From: Paragordius varius | Lineage: Eukaryota > Animalia > Nematomorpha | Direction of reading: 5' to 3' | NCBI GenBank assembly: GCA_964247055.1 | Contig: OZ176050.1 | Location: forward strand, 6,944,001 to 7,008,000 | Length of the DNA: 64,000 nt | Notes under the pieces: model-generated | Told to the model about the DNA's origin: nothing | Seen by the model: only the letters and a program-made list of their open reading frames with translations | Database searches by the model: none | Shown: positions 26,401 to 37,849 of the stretch, piece by piece | Position numbering within the stretch: position 1 is the stretch's first letter | Layout: every line of letters starts with the position of its first letter | Translations under genes and position numbers: made by a program

Positions 26401-29400
26401 TTTGGAATAGGTCCCGTTTTCCGGAAACAGATCACAAAGCCAGCATTTTCCCTTTTTATAAATATATCGATTATAATGATCGGAATAGAAATGCTGGTAT
26501 AAACAGTCTTTCCGAACCAGAGAATTTACGATATATTTATCTACGATAATTGTTATTTTTCTTTATAACAATAATTTTACAAGTTAAAAACAATTTTTTT
26601 TAAATTTTATTTTTATCCCTCGCGCCCCCTTAATTTTGCTACGCGACCCCAAATGGGGTCGCGACCCATAGTTTAAGAAGCCCTGGTCTACAGTGTTTTA
26701 ACCAATTTAATATAACAATAAAAATATTTGGCTTGTAGTTGGAATTAATTTTTTTTTAAACGTATTTGGTTAGATCCCTTTTACAACGACAATATATGTT
26801 TGGTGAAACTATTACAAGGCATGTGTTACAAATGTCTCAAGGATATTGAAGCTTCCGCTTTGGCATTCGAATTTATTTTATTTCAGTATATTATGTTACT
26901 TTTTTACCTATATTATATTCTATTTGATAATAATATTTTTTAAAAATAATTTCGATTTCTCGATCAATATATATATGTATATATATACCATATATATACA
27001 GTTCAAATTTACCCTTGAACAATTCAAATTCACCTTAAAAATAAATTATGTATTTTTAGGCTAATATAACTCAACATTTATATGAAATATATTCTTGTTA
27101 TAGTTTATTATCTTTTCAGTATTATATTAATTTAAAACATGATTTTATTTTTAATATAAAAAAATATAGGTAATTTTTAATCTTAAAAAACATATAATTT
27201 ATTTGAGGGTGAATTTGAATTGTTCAAGGGTGAATTTTCGTAAATATATTTTTATCTAAACTTTCAAAATATAAACGCAAATTTGTTATTTATATCTTTA
27301 TAGCGAACTTAGAGACGACACCTATTTGATCCCATACGCAATGGTTGAGATTGCATTCCTTCTCATAGATGCGGGCGAATATCTCAGCGCTATACCATAC
27401 CTTGATACTGCACGGTAAATATAATTTTATCCTATTTTAAGAATTTAAAAATCAGGAATCGAAATCAGAACGGTTTATGATTTCGGTTCTAGGTTAATTA
27501 AGCGGTCAAATGTTTTTGATTTAGTTCCTTTTCAAGTAAAATTTGATAGGCAATTATTTAGGTAGAATGCGAATAGCCAAAATAATTATATAAATAAAAA
27601 ACTTTTATTGTTTCTCATTATTAAATATATTAAAGTTATTAATTTCAAATAACTTGAAAGATAATAAATTTGGAAAAAAAATAAAAAATCATATTGGAAT
27701 CGTATGGAACACAGTTAACTCTGTATTAATGGCTCACTAATAAATAAGTAATCATTCATTTTGCCTTTGTTTTATAGATCTTTCAATGGGTATTCCCTAC
27801 AAAGTAGGTTACACTTTAAAATTCACACGGCCTGTAAATTTATCGAGGCCCAAGGTATTAATCCACTTGCGCCATTGAATACCTGGTCAGGTGTTTTGAG
27901 TGCAGCAAGTCCAATAGCTAATTATCTGGTATCTTCTTTGCCTAAGGGTACGACTTCCATTTTTACTAACCCTAACACAACTAATTTGGGTGTCTCGTCA
28001 TCAACGCTAAACTCAATTACCAATAATAAAAATATAAATGACAACAATATTAATAATACTGTCAAAAAATCTACATCTTCCAACGGACTCAGCGCTCAAG
28101 AATTATCCGTTATATTGCATCACACGAGTTTGTTTAAGAAGGGTAATGATCCTAAAACACCCAACAAAATTGATGACAACCATCTACCAGTCATTGGTGA
28201 TAAAAATGTGCCACAAATTAACAAAAAACTCCCATTTTGTATCATCACCTCACCCCCCAAAATAAAAAATGGGAATTCACGTCGAAAGCTGTCCGGAGGC
28301 GATATCTTACTCGAACAAACTAACACATCCCCAAACAAACGTAATATATACCATTTACAATTCAAATTCATCCTTGAACAATTAAAATTTACCCTCAAAT
28401 AAATTATATGTTTTTTAAGATGAAAAATTACCTATATATTTTTTATAATATTAAAAAATAAAATTTTGTTTTAAAATTAAAATAATACTGAAAAAATAAT
28501 AAACTATGCCATAAAGATATATTTCATATTAATAATGAGTTATATTAGTTCGGAAACACATTATTTATTTTTAGGGTGAATTTGAATTGTTGAATTTGAA
28601 TTGTTCGAGGGGGTTTTGAGTTGTTCGAGGGTGAATTTGAACTGTAAATGGTATATATTACGAAAATATAAAATTACATTAGACAACATATTTTTCAGTT
28701 CTTTTGCTTTTCGACAATTTCTTTACACCCAATTTCATTGTAACAGTGTGTAAATTGTAATCTAAAATTTGATTATCTCATTTTTGTATTTTTGCGCTCT
28801 TTTGAATGATATATCAGGTATTAATCTTTAAAATAAAAAATTTTAGATTCCATGTTAAATTCGGTGTTTCTAAAAACAACAAATTTAGTAAGATGTTGAC
28901 CAATTTTTTTGTAGTGCAATCGTATTTGTTGTTTATTGTCAATAATTTTTTTGCTAGATTTTATGTTTTTTTGTTGTATAAAGGTAAACATCTAGTAGCC
29001 AACCGTAATAATTTGTATCCATCTACAAATCTTAATAGTCATCAGCTCATGATAAATGCCAACGGTCATCAAGATTCTTTTTATGGAATAAATGGAGAAT
29101 CTGAAGATCTTAACAGTCCACCAAAATCTGGTCCACCTATTTTAGATTCTAATCTGGAACCTGTATTTTTTGCCCAAAAAGTGCAAAATTTAGATGCTTC
29201 CCCCTCAAACATACCTACCCAAACAAATGAGGAAATGGCGTTTAGCGTGAAAAAACAGGAACCACTAGTATCAGCAAAAAAGGGTAAACACCACCAACAC
29301 TTTAAAAAGTTTGAGAAATTTCTAAAATTGAACAAATCACAAAGTAATAAATTGCAAACTCCATTGACTTCTTCTCTCTCTTTGTTTTACGAGCCCTCAT

Positions 29401-30462
29401 CTACACTTTCACATGCCGAAAACGGAAATAATGATAAAATAACACATTTACATTTTGTGAATCCGAGTATTCAAAAAAAGAAAACAGAATATGATCGATC
29501 TCAGTATTCGCCACACCCTAGAGGCTTAAACGATAACGATTCCATTATGTCAGAAAATATTTCTCCTAAATCTTATTCACATGCTAATGCCGCCACTAAT
29601 AAGAAGTATGACTCATTCTTCAAGCGCGGAGATCAATTTTGGGCCAGTGTACGGGGAATTAATTTAAAATCTAATGACAGCAATTCAATACATTCCCGAC
29701 TCGATTCTCATGATCTCAAACACCAAATCAATATGAAATTAGGGAAATCTAAGAAAACTCAATCATCAGATGCCAATATATCATTTAGCTCACATAAATC
29801 CACCACCAACACCACCCATCAATTCATGACCGTAATACCAAAAGCCGTAAAATTTGCTAAAAAGATTGGTAAACATAAGCTGTACTCAAAAAATATTACT
29901 GAACACACTACCACCAGTTTGAATAATTCACCACTTTTGCACGTAATGGATGGATCATTGAATGGCCATAACAATATGCCAAGTACGGGACCATTGCAAC
30001 AATCTACGCCAAAATCCAAACATCCATCTCTAGATCAAAAAATATTGCATGAGAGGTTTCCAGGTGAGTTGACTTATCAAAACCTAAAAATTATTACAAT
30101 ATTGGTGTTATTCGTAAAAATTTTGACTTAACAGTTAATAATTTTTTTAAATTTTGTTTTGTATTAATATTGTCAAGATAGTGAATAAAAATAGTTTTTT
30201 AACCAATTTAACGGTTATGTTGTTTGGCTTACTTTTTTTAGGATTATAGGAGTCACTTTACCAAGTAGATATTAAATTTCTTTCAAAACTTAATTCTCAA
30301 ACAACAAATGTTTTTGGGTTTATGAACATTTGTGATACCATATTTATTTGTAGTATCTTAATTCAAAATATTACATTTAAAATTTATATATGGTTAGATG
30401 ACAATCAAGAAAGAACTTTAGACAGTTCATTGCTAAAAGGATCAAATAACCATCATTTATAA
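17498..30462 (+). CDS. TTC39: Tetratricopeptide repeat protein 39 (IML2/TTC39 family), 20 exons, ~1119 aa with long C-terminal extension
   Basis: Exons 17498-17527, 17551-17582, 17610-17711, 17733-17808, 17835-17961, 20356-20488, 20880-20988, 21326-21391, 21583-21697, 22061-22128, 22337-22396, 22601-22692, 23146-23331, 24295-24412, 24748-24862, 26774-26885, 27304-27414, 27778-28340, 28984-30063, 30398-30462 (3360 nt, in frame). Motifs ALKLFLNNKF, HAELCYAEC, LPARILKLLEFIGFSGN, CYWELMW, KWSKSTY, QRLAGKSIPIEKF and YSLQSRLHFKI match TTC39A/B. The last two exons rest on splice phase only. Confidence 0.92.
23640..24140 (-). mobile_element. Decayed non-LTR retrotransposon (RTE/L2-like) 3' fragment in TTC39 intron
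   Basis: Minus-strand translation around 23966-24020 gives RTKI*TTVIWPALKYGAETW, typical of the post-RT region (IYKTxIRPxLxYGAETW). Contains stops. Confidence 0.6.
25060..26685. mobile_element. hAT (Charlie/Buster-like) MITE with nested Helitron
   Basis: TIR CAGGGCTTCTTAAACT / AGTTTAAGAAGCCCTG with perfect 8-bp TSD GTCTACAG (25052-25059 and 26686-26693). Confidence 0.92.
25276..26546 (-). mobile_element. Putative non-autonomous Helitron
   Basis: On the minus strand it starts A|TC at 26546 and ends GCCACACCGAAGCGTGACAAAGCCAGCTAG|T at 25276 (GC-rich hairpin-like segment plus CTAG). Inserted between A and T with no TSD. Confidence 0.55.
26986..27247. mobile_element. Family B foldback-like MITE in TTC39 intron 16
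   Basis: TACCA start, TTCAAATT(T/C)ACCCTTGAACAA units and inverted GGGTGAATTTGAATTGTTCAAGGGTGAA. Right terminus eroded. Confidence 0.75.
28349..28653. mobile_element. Family B foldback-like MITE in TTC39 intron 18
   Basis: TACCATTTACA ... TGTAAATGGTA flanked by TA. Subterminal 21-bp units at both ends. Confidence 0.85.
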
Positions 30463-31109
30463 TTTGGATCTGAAATTTTTTTATAAATAAATGTATTATA
30501 TAAACTCTGTATAGTTGTTTATAGCTCATTTAACGCTACCCATCTAAATTTTTGTACTCATAATGTTTATATTAACATATAGTTTGTATAGCAATATCCA
30601 AATTTTTCATTTATGTTAAGGCCATATAATTTTTATTTTATATTTATTTCATGATCAATTATCATATAATTTATATGTATTACGCACCGCACCGTTGGTG
30701 TTAGTTTCAATAAATTAGTCAATAACCATGATGTTTATAAATTAAGGTATCAATACTTTTGTTTCTACAAACAAAGATTTAGCACAATAAATTAAATATG
30801 AGGTATAATCATATAATTATCGCTGGGAATGTTAATACAGTAAAAATACTAGAAAAATGTTATTTCTGATACAAGCTGATTCGAAAAAACGCTTTTTTCC
30901 GCACATATGTTCGTATGAAATTAATATAATTGTCTAACGTGTCAATTAAATTATGCTATTACAAGGTTTGAATCACAAAAGTATTAGAAAGGTTTTACAT
31001 TATCCATCAGATCTAAAAATCGCACGGCGTGAATTTATAACCAAGATAAAGGATTGTACGGTTTTGATTTTTATTGAAGCAAAAGAATACACTGGACTAC
31101 AAATTTTTC

Positions 31110-32050
31110 TGCCACTCGAGATTTTTGCATTTTCTGTGATATTTACCATCATTTTGACAGTAAATCTGAGATAAAATCATAACTTCACCTAAGAATTTCG
31201 TATAATTTGATTTTTTTGATTATGCGCCCTCTTTATCAAAATTTTACCAAAATGTTTTTTTTTTGAAAATATACAAGAAATGCCCATTTGTAATATATCA
31301 ATCGAAAGAGTAATAAAAACTCTATAAGATGACTAAGATGTTTTACATCGATAATTAATATTGGACATAGAGAGCGACAAACGCGCGAAGCGAGAGCGTT
31401 TTTCTTAATTAATATATTTTGAAACTAATGGATGAAAATAGCTCAAACTTTGTCTAGATGGTGATGAATGTCCAAAAAAGATAATACAAGAAAGTTTTTT
31501 TGATTAAAACATTTTTTTATTATTTTTATGTCACTCAAAACAGCCATTTTTAAGTTTTTTGTTTAAAAAATTACCATCTCATCAATATTTAATTTATTTT
31601 CTTTCGGAGGCTTATAATTTCAAAATTTTAAAAACAAAAACAAAGTTTAAGGTATTTTGATCTTTTATAATTATGTAATAAATTTACAGTTATAACTATG
31701 CATTTTTGTATCCAATGAGTAAAATAATTATGATAATAATATTTTTTTTAAAAAAGCAAACCAAATGCCTTTCAAAGATTTTTTTTGGAATTAAATACTA
31801 ATATAACCCTAATAATTATATTAAAATAATTGATATGATTTTCAAATTAGTTTTGTGAAAATTTTAACTTTTAATTTTGAAAATTTCGAGTTTAGTGTTA
31901 AATCGGGGCCAAAAATTATCGATAAACTCTAATGTAAAAAAATTCTTAGGTAGACCAATTTTTTTTCAAATATACTATTTATGTACTTTAATAAACTTTA
32001 AATTTACAAAATGGCAGTTTAAAAAAGTTAAAATTTGTTGTCTAGTGTTA
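31110..32050 (+). repeat. Family E repeat, copy 2, interrupted by ~500 bp at 31400-31905
   Basis: Colinear with 3790-4140 on both sides of an inserted block. Confidence 0.6.
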
Positions 32051-32350
32051 TTATTAATTGACCCAATATATCGCACAAAGCATAAATGGAGAAAAAATTT
32101 CATTTATTTGTTTCATATTGTAAATATGAATATGCATTGCTTTCAAAAAGAACGATTTTTAATCAAATATATCTGTATAGAAATCTTGAGCGGCATCATA
32201 TTATGTAACAATTTACAATTTTTGAAAAAAATCTTTTTACCGTATTTTGTAAGTTTAATACTATAGGATACGTTTAAAATTTTTGCTAACTCGTATATTT
32301 AAAACAAATGTGCATTTTTAACAATAATATTTTGATGTTATAATCTACAT

Positions 32351-34683
32351 CAGTGATACTCAAACCGCGGCCCGCGGGCCGCATGCGGCCCTAAGAGTGC
32401 TTTAATATTGCCCTATGACCATATTGATACTTAAATAATTTTTTTATTGATGAATTTTTTAAAATACACATAAACGGATTTTCGCTTATTTTGATATTAA
32501 TTTATTTTCTTTAGATTTAATTTTGGTAATTTTATTTTTACCCAATTTAAAATGTAGAAAAATTTTCCTACATTAAATTGATTTCAAATTTTGGCACTTG
32601 TTTCTGTTTCTGTATTCTGTTTTTTGTATTTAAGCAAGCCTTTCACCCGAACTTGCATATACATATTCTTTGAAAAGCTATCTTGTATCATTTTTTATAA
32701 CTCATTCCTACAAAATATTTTTTAAATCAACATGATTAATTTTCAACCTATTTGTTTATAACATAATTCAAATTATATTCCTTATTTTAAAAAAATTTAC
32801 ATAATATTTAAACATAAATTCAAATGATGACATCTAATGTTAAATAACATAAATTATCCGATGAAAATCGCTCCTATTAAAAAGAAAATGGGAAGAAAAA
32901 TTTGTCGTTTAAAAAAATGTTGTTACCTGCCTTATATGTAAGGACAACATAATTAAAATACAATTTTGAAAACATTTTACAATCCTTCATTTTCACAAAT
33001 TACCAGAAAATCATGAGGAAAACGAAAAAAAATCAAGGAATTATATCAGAAAGAAAAATCTATTATGTTCATAGCATTCTCCCAGAAAAAGCTGTAACAT
33101 AAGCTTCGTATTCAATTTGCTATATTTTAGGAAAAAATATGAAACCGTTTACTCATTCCCAACTAATAAAAGAATGTCTAATAAATGGTTGCACTTTATT
33201 TATTTGATGAATTCCACATTAAAGATCAAATCATAAGGCAAATTAAAAAACTTCAACCTTCTGATTCAACATGTGCTTGTCGCATTGAAGATTTGTCTAA
33301 ATATATTTTTAACAATACATTACTGGCTCTGAAAAACTGCAAATATTTTAGTATTCCTATTGATTCTAGTACTGATATTAGTTCAACACCTCAATGCGCG
33401 CTCTTCGTGAGATTTTGCAACGACAACATAATCAACGAGGAATATTTAAAATTCTTACCAATGAATAATACCAACGAAAGGATGCGATTTCCTCGAAATA
33501 ATTAGCACTTTTTTCGATAATAATGATATATCTATGAAAAATTGGTTTCGATCTGCACATGACTGTCCCTCTATGATTGGAATAAACAAATGATTTATTC
33601 CTCTTTTGAAAAACAATAATTTGCAAAATATTTTATCCTTTCACTGTTTTATTAATTAGAAAACTTGGTTTAGCATGTGAAAGATAAATCCCTATTCAAT
33701 AATTAAAACGTGGATATAGTTAACCACATCAGTGGCCGAGAATTTAACCACTGTATATTCAAAAACCTTATGAAAGATATCCACAGTGAGTTTGATAATC
33801 TTTTGTACACCGCTGTGAGATGGCTAAGCATTAGCAAAGTATTAAATTTTGTTTTAAGACATGAAATATTATTTGTAAATGATAACAGAAAGTTTGACGA
33901 GGAAATTAATAGTGATAAATGATGGGTTATTAGCCTACCTTTGCGACATTATTTATAAATTTAGTATTTTTTATACAGTCAAGGGAGCAAAATAATAATC
34001 CAATTTGCTAATGGAGATTAATTTAATAATAAACAATTATTTAATATTTTTATCTAATGAGATGAATTCAGATTTCAAGAATTAGGAAATATTAAAAATT
34101 GCTTAAAACTCGTTAAAAATCCATTATGGATATATCCAATATAAAGCAACTTGAGCATTTCGGTTTTGATCAGGCGCATATCATTGAAGTATCCGTAGAT
34201 TTTCAAATTCCAATTTGGAGGCTATATAAGAGAATCGTAAAGAAGAAAGATATGTAGAATTTTGGCAAAATGTGCCAAATAAATATGAAAATATAAAAAA
34301 ATGTTGTTTCCCTCTCATTACACGTGTAAGACGGCATATTCAAAAATAAAGTATGTCAAAAATTTATACAGAAATCGCTTAACCGATGATTATATACAAG
34401 ACGTATTATGAATGGCCTGTTATGAGGCGAAACCAATTATTCCAAAACTATTGGTTAATATCAAAATAAATTTTGTTATCAAAATATACTATTTACTAAA
34501 TGGTGCAAAACGAGTTTTTAGATGGATTTACATGCGATCCGCAAAAATTAATTGTGCAGATTAAGAGTATAAATATGTGTATAAATGTCACATAGATATG
34601 GAATAGCCATTATAAGATTCATGGCCCTTGAAAAAAAAATATATTTTATTTGGCCCGTAAAATTTTTTTGGTGAGTACCACTG
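32351..34683 (+). mobile_element. Decayed hAT transposon (Buster/SPIN/GTF2IRD2-like transposase pseudogene)
   Basis: TIR CAGTGATACTCA / TGAGTACCACTG with perfect TSD ATCTACAT (32343-32350, 34684-34691). Fragments include SDSTCACRIEDLS...FSIPIDSSTDISSTPQCALFVRF and LLYTAVRWLS. Many stops and frameshifts. Confidence 0.93.
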
Positions 34684-35089
34684 ATCTACATTATAAAAAT
34701 TTATTTCTTCAATTTCGGATTTTGCGTTTATATCAAGGTCACTACCCATTTTGTGTTACTCTTTTAGAGTTATAAATCAAAATTCAATAAAAACATCAGT
34801 TTTTTTGAATAATAGTATTAAAATTTGGTTTGAAGCTTTAGGCTACAAAAAAATAATTTAATATAATGTGTATTCAAGTCCGATTTTGAATTATTACATT
34901 AGAGTTGCTACAAATTTTATATGTTCGGGGCCTCAATACAGAAGCACTACTATAATCACGATACATTTTTTATAAAAATATATTTATGTGTATCTAAATG
35001 TCCACAAAAAACAACTTGATGAAATATGTATCTTCTGATAGGGAAATGCATTATGATTATTATGGTGCTTTTGACCCTGAGTGATTTAA

Positions 35090-35624
35090 CACTCGAATAC
35101 AACACATTCATTTCATTCCTTCGATTCAAATTGGGATCGTTGGATACCCCAGGCCTGTTTTATTAAATACTTCCAAAATTATGGAAGGAATAAAACCATA
35201 GCAAAGGTTTGCACTTATATAACAATGATCCAAAAAAAATATTATAAAATATTGAAATTATTGATTTTGCGGCAAAACCCAATGCTAAAAATTTAGCCAT
35301 CATGACATATGTACGCTAGCTAAATTTAAATATAATACAAAACCACTTTTACTATATCTATTATGGATGGGATTTAAATAAAAAATTAGCTTTAATTTTA
35401 GCTTTAAAATTAAATAAACACGATTTGCAAAAATGTTGCAGAATATAGCGTAGAAATAGTTTGATAAAACTTTTTTTCAAAACTAAATTTTATTTAGATA
35501 TTTCGGCTTATTTATATAATTACTATTGAAGCATAAATTTAAATTGGGGCCAGTTCTTTCAGTAGTTTTTTAAATTTTTAACTTAAATATAGTCTGGGTA
35601 TTTAGATAACCATGAATTGAAGTG
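35090..35624 (-). mobile_element. piggyBac-like MITE family A, reverse copy
   Basis: TTAA-CACTCGAATACAACAC start and GAATTGAAGTG-CTAA end. Inserted into a family F fragment. Confidence 0.8.
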
Positions 35625-35977
35625 CTAACCAAAAAGGCCAGATTCTCAATTTAGTTGATATGCTTAGGTGGTATTTACTAAAGGCAACATACTTTTTTTA
35701 TATGGGCCGCATTAAACCCAACACCTAATATGAATATATATTTATTCATGTTTCCATTAGTTGTTTCATTTAAAGCTATGGAATAAAAGGAAGATGCTTT
35801 GACTTTTCTGAAAAAACAAATATTTATTAAAAATCCAAACTGGATAATAAAATTATCATATGCCTTTATTACAAAGTGGTATTGTCAGGAGGATACAGCT
35901 AGATGGCTTGAAATATGCTGCAACAATTTTAAAATCCAAAAAACCCGTTTTTTTCAAAGTATGTTTTGATCTATTAA

Positions 35978-37010
35978 CACTAGGATACAACATTTATTTC
36001 GGTTCTTATTCGAATTGGGGCGCCTAGTGACCCGAGGCCTTATAAAATATTTTAAAAAACATTGATAAAATGAAGCCATTGCAAATGTTTGCACTTAAAT
36101 ACTTGAAATATTAAAAATTATTTGAATGATATAAATTAGTTTATTGATAAACCTGAAGGTAAAAATTTAGAGAGCATAACATGTGTGGATAAAAGCTAAT
36201 AAAAATAATGTAAAACACGCAATTTTTTGTCATATTAACAGTTCTATTCAAATTGGGCTATCTAAATACCCCAGACTTAATTTAAGATAGGATTTATAAA
36301 AAATGAAGGAAACGGTCTGAATTTTAAGTTATGCTTCTATCCTAATAAAAATTATATAATGCCAAAATATCTAAACAAAATTTTGTTTTGAAATGTCAAA
36401 CTACTTCGACGCCATTTTTATTTTACATAATTTTCGTAAAATACTGTATTCATTTAATTTTAAGGGTAAAATCAAAGCTAATTTTTTATTTAAATTACAT
36501 CTAACATTGATAGAAATAGAAAAAGAGGTTTGTTTTGTATTATTTTTTAATTTCACGATTGCACACGTGTCACGTGGACTAAATTTTTACCTTTCGGTTT
36601 TAGCTTAAAATAAGTGATCTCAAATATTTTTGAATTTTTTTTATATATTTCGGTTTATTAATGTTATTTAAGGAAATTTTGCCATGGTTTCGATTCCATT
36701 TTCTTAGAGATTTAAAATTTTAAACAGGCCTGGAGTATTTAACTACCCAATTTGAATCGAAGGAGTAAAATGAATGTGTTGTATTCAAGAGATGTTAGAT
36801 GTGATCTTAATGAAAAATTCACTTTAATTATAGCTTTAGAATAATACATGATATTTTGCAAAAATGTTGTATAAACATGGCGTCGAAGTAGTTTGATATG
36901 GAGCATTTATTCAAACTAAATTTGATTTAGATATCTTGGCTTATATGTGTAATATTTATTAGGATAGAAATAAAATTTAGATTGAAAACGTTTCTTTTAC
37001 TAGTTCATAA
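35978..37010 (-). mobile_element. Old reverse family A MITE interrupted by a forward copy
   Basis: TTAA-CACTAGGATACAAC start. Degraded family A sequence resumes after ~36791 and is truncated near 37010. Confidence 0.65.
36239..36791 (+). mobile_element. piggyBac-like MITE family A, forward nested copy
   Basis: TTAA-CAGTTCTATTCAAATTGGGCTATCTAAATACCCC start and GAATGTGTTGTATTCAAG end. Confidence 0.75.
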
Positions 37011-37361
37011 TATCATTTTTAGAAATGTTTTTGAGACATACACCAGTTAGCCCATTTCGATGTGTTTGATAAAACAATAAAATATAATCAAGCCAAATAA
37101 AATATTTGTTTAATGAAAATATTTTAGCAAATTATTTGTTAAATGGTAAAAAATGTTTTGGGACAAAAAGTATGTATCTGTCCAAATAGTGAGTTATACA
37201 CTTTTCTTTTTAAAATTTTTTTTAAATCATGAAATTAATATAAATTTAGGGATTTGAGACTCAAAATTATAATTTATCGGTATTTTTATGATAATCATCT
37301 AAACATAAAAGTATAAGCAATCGTTATTATGGAACATTCATTATTTTAAATTCAAACCACA

Positions 37362-37849
37362 ATGCAAAACATTCTACGTTTAAACACTAATTTGCAAAAT
37401 AATGATTTGAAAAAGGCCCAGAATGTCCAATCAATTAAGCGAAAGCCATTGGGAGATATCAGCAATTATAAAGCTATTAATCCCTCACAAATTATACCCA
37501 AACAAGATATAAAAAATATTGGTGAAGTTAATGATTATGATAAAAACGATATATTTGCGAAATCTTTTGAAGAATGTAAATTTTTTTTAATTATAGATGA
37601 CAATTGTTTTGATATATTGCCAGATTATATGAGACCAAGTAATTATTATATGGAATTATTTGTTGAAAACGAAATGGATGAAAGCGTTGATCAATTTGAA
37701 AATTTGAGCGATTATGATCAAAAAGAACTACCAGATTTAAATCTTCCCGAATATCAAAGTACTATAATTTACAAATTTTAGCAATACCATTGGAAGATAT
37801 ATCTTTTGATGATTTGGAATCATTAGAAGACGAGAATAAAAAAGAATAA
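37362..37849 (+). CDS. Small D-box protein with acidic C-terminus (securin-like), ~147 aa
   Basis: Exons 37362-37575, 37597-37758 and 37782-37849 (21- and 23-nt GT-AG introns). Canonical D-box RKPLGDISN, basic N-half and very acidic C-half. The securin identity is an inference. Confidence 0.6.

Noticed and set aside
28038-30019. ORFs 28038-28265, 28120-28398, 29081-29335 and 29819-30019
   Set aside because: Alternate-frame or antisense shadows of the large TTC39 exons.
13547-36608. Recurrent ~70-86-aa ORFs sharing LHLTLIEIE (13547-13753, 15774-16034, 36393-36608) as a small protein family
   Set aside because: All lie within family A MITE copies. The frame is not conserved in other copies, starts are inconsistent and no domain is recognisable.
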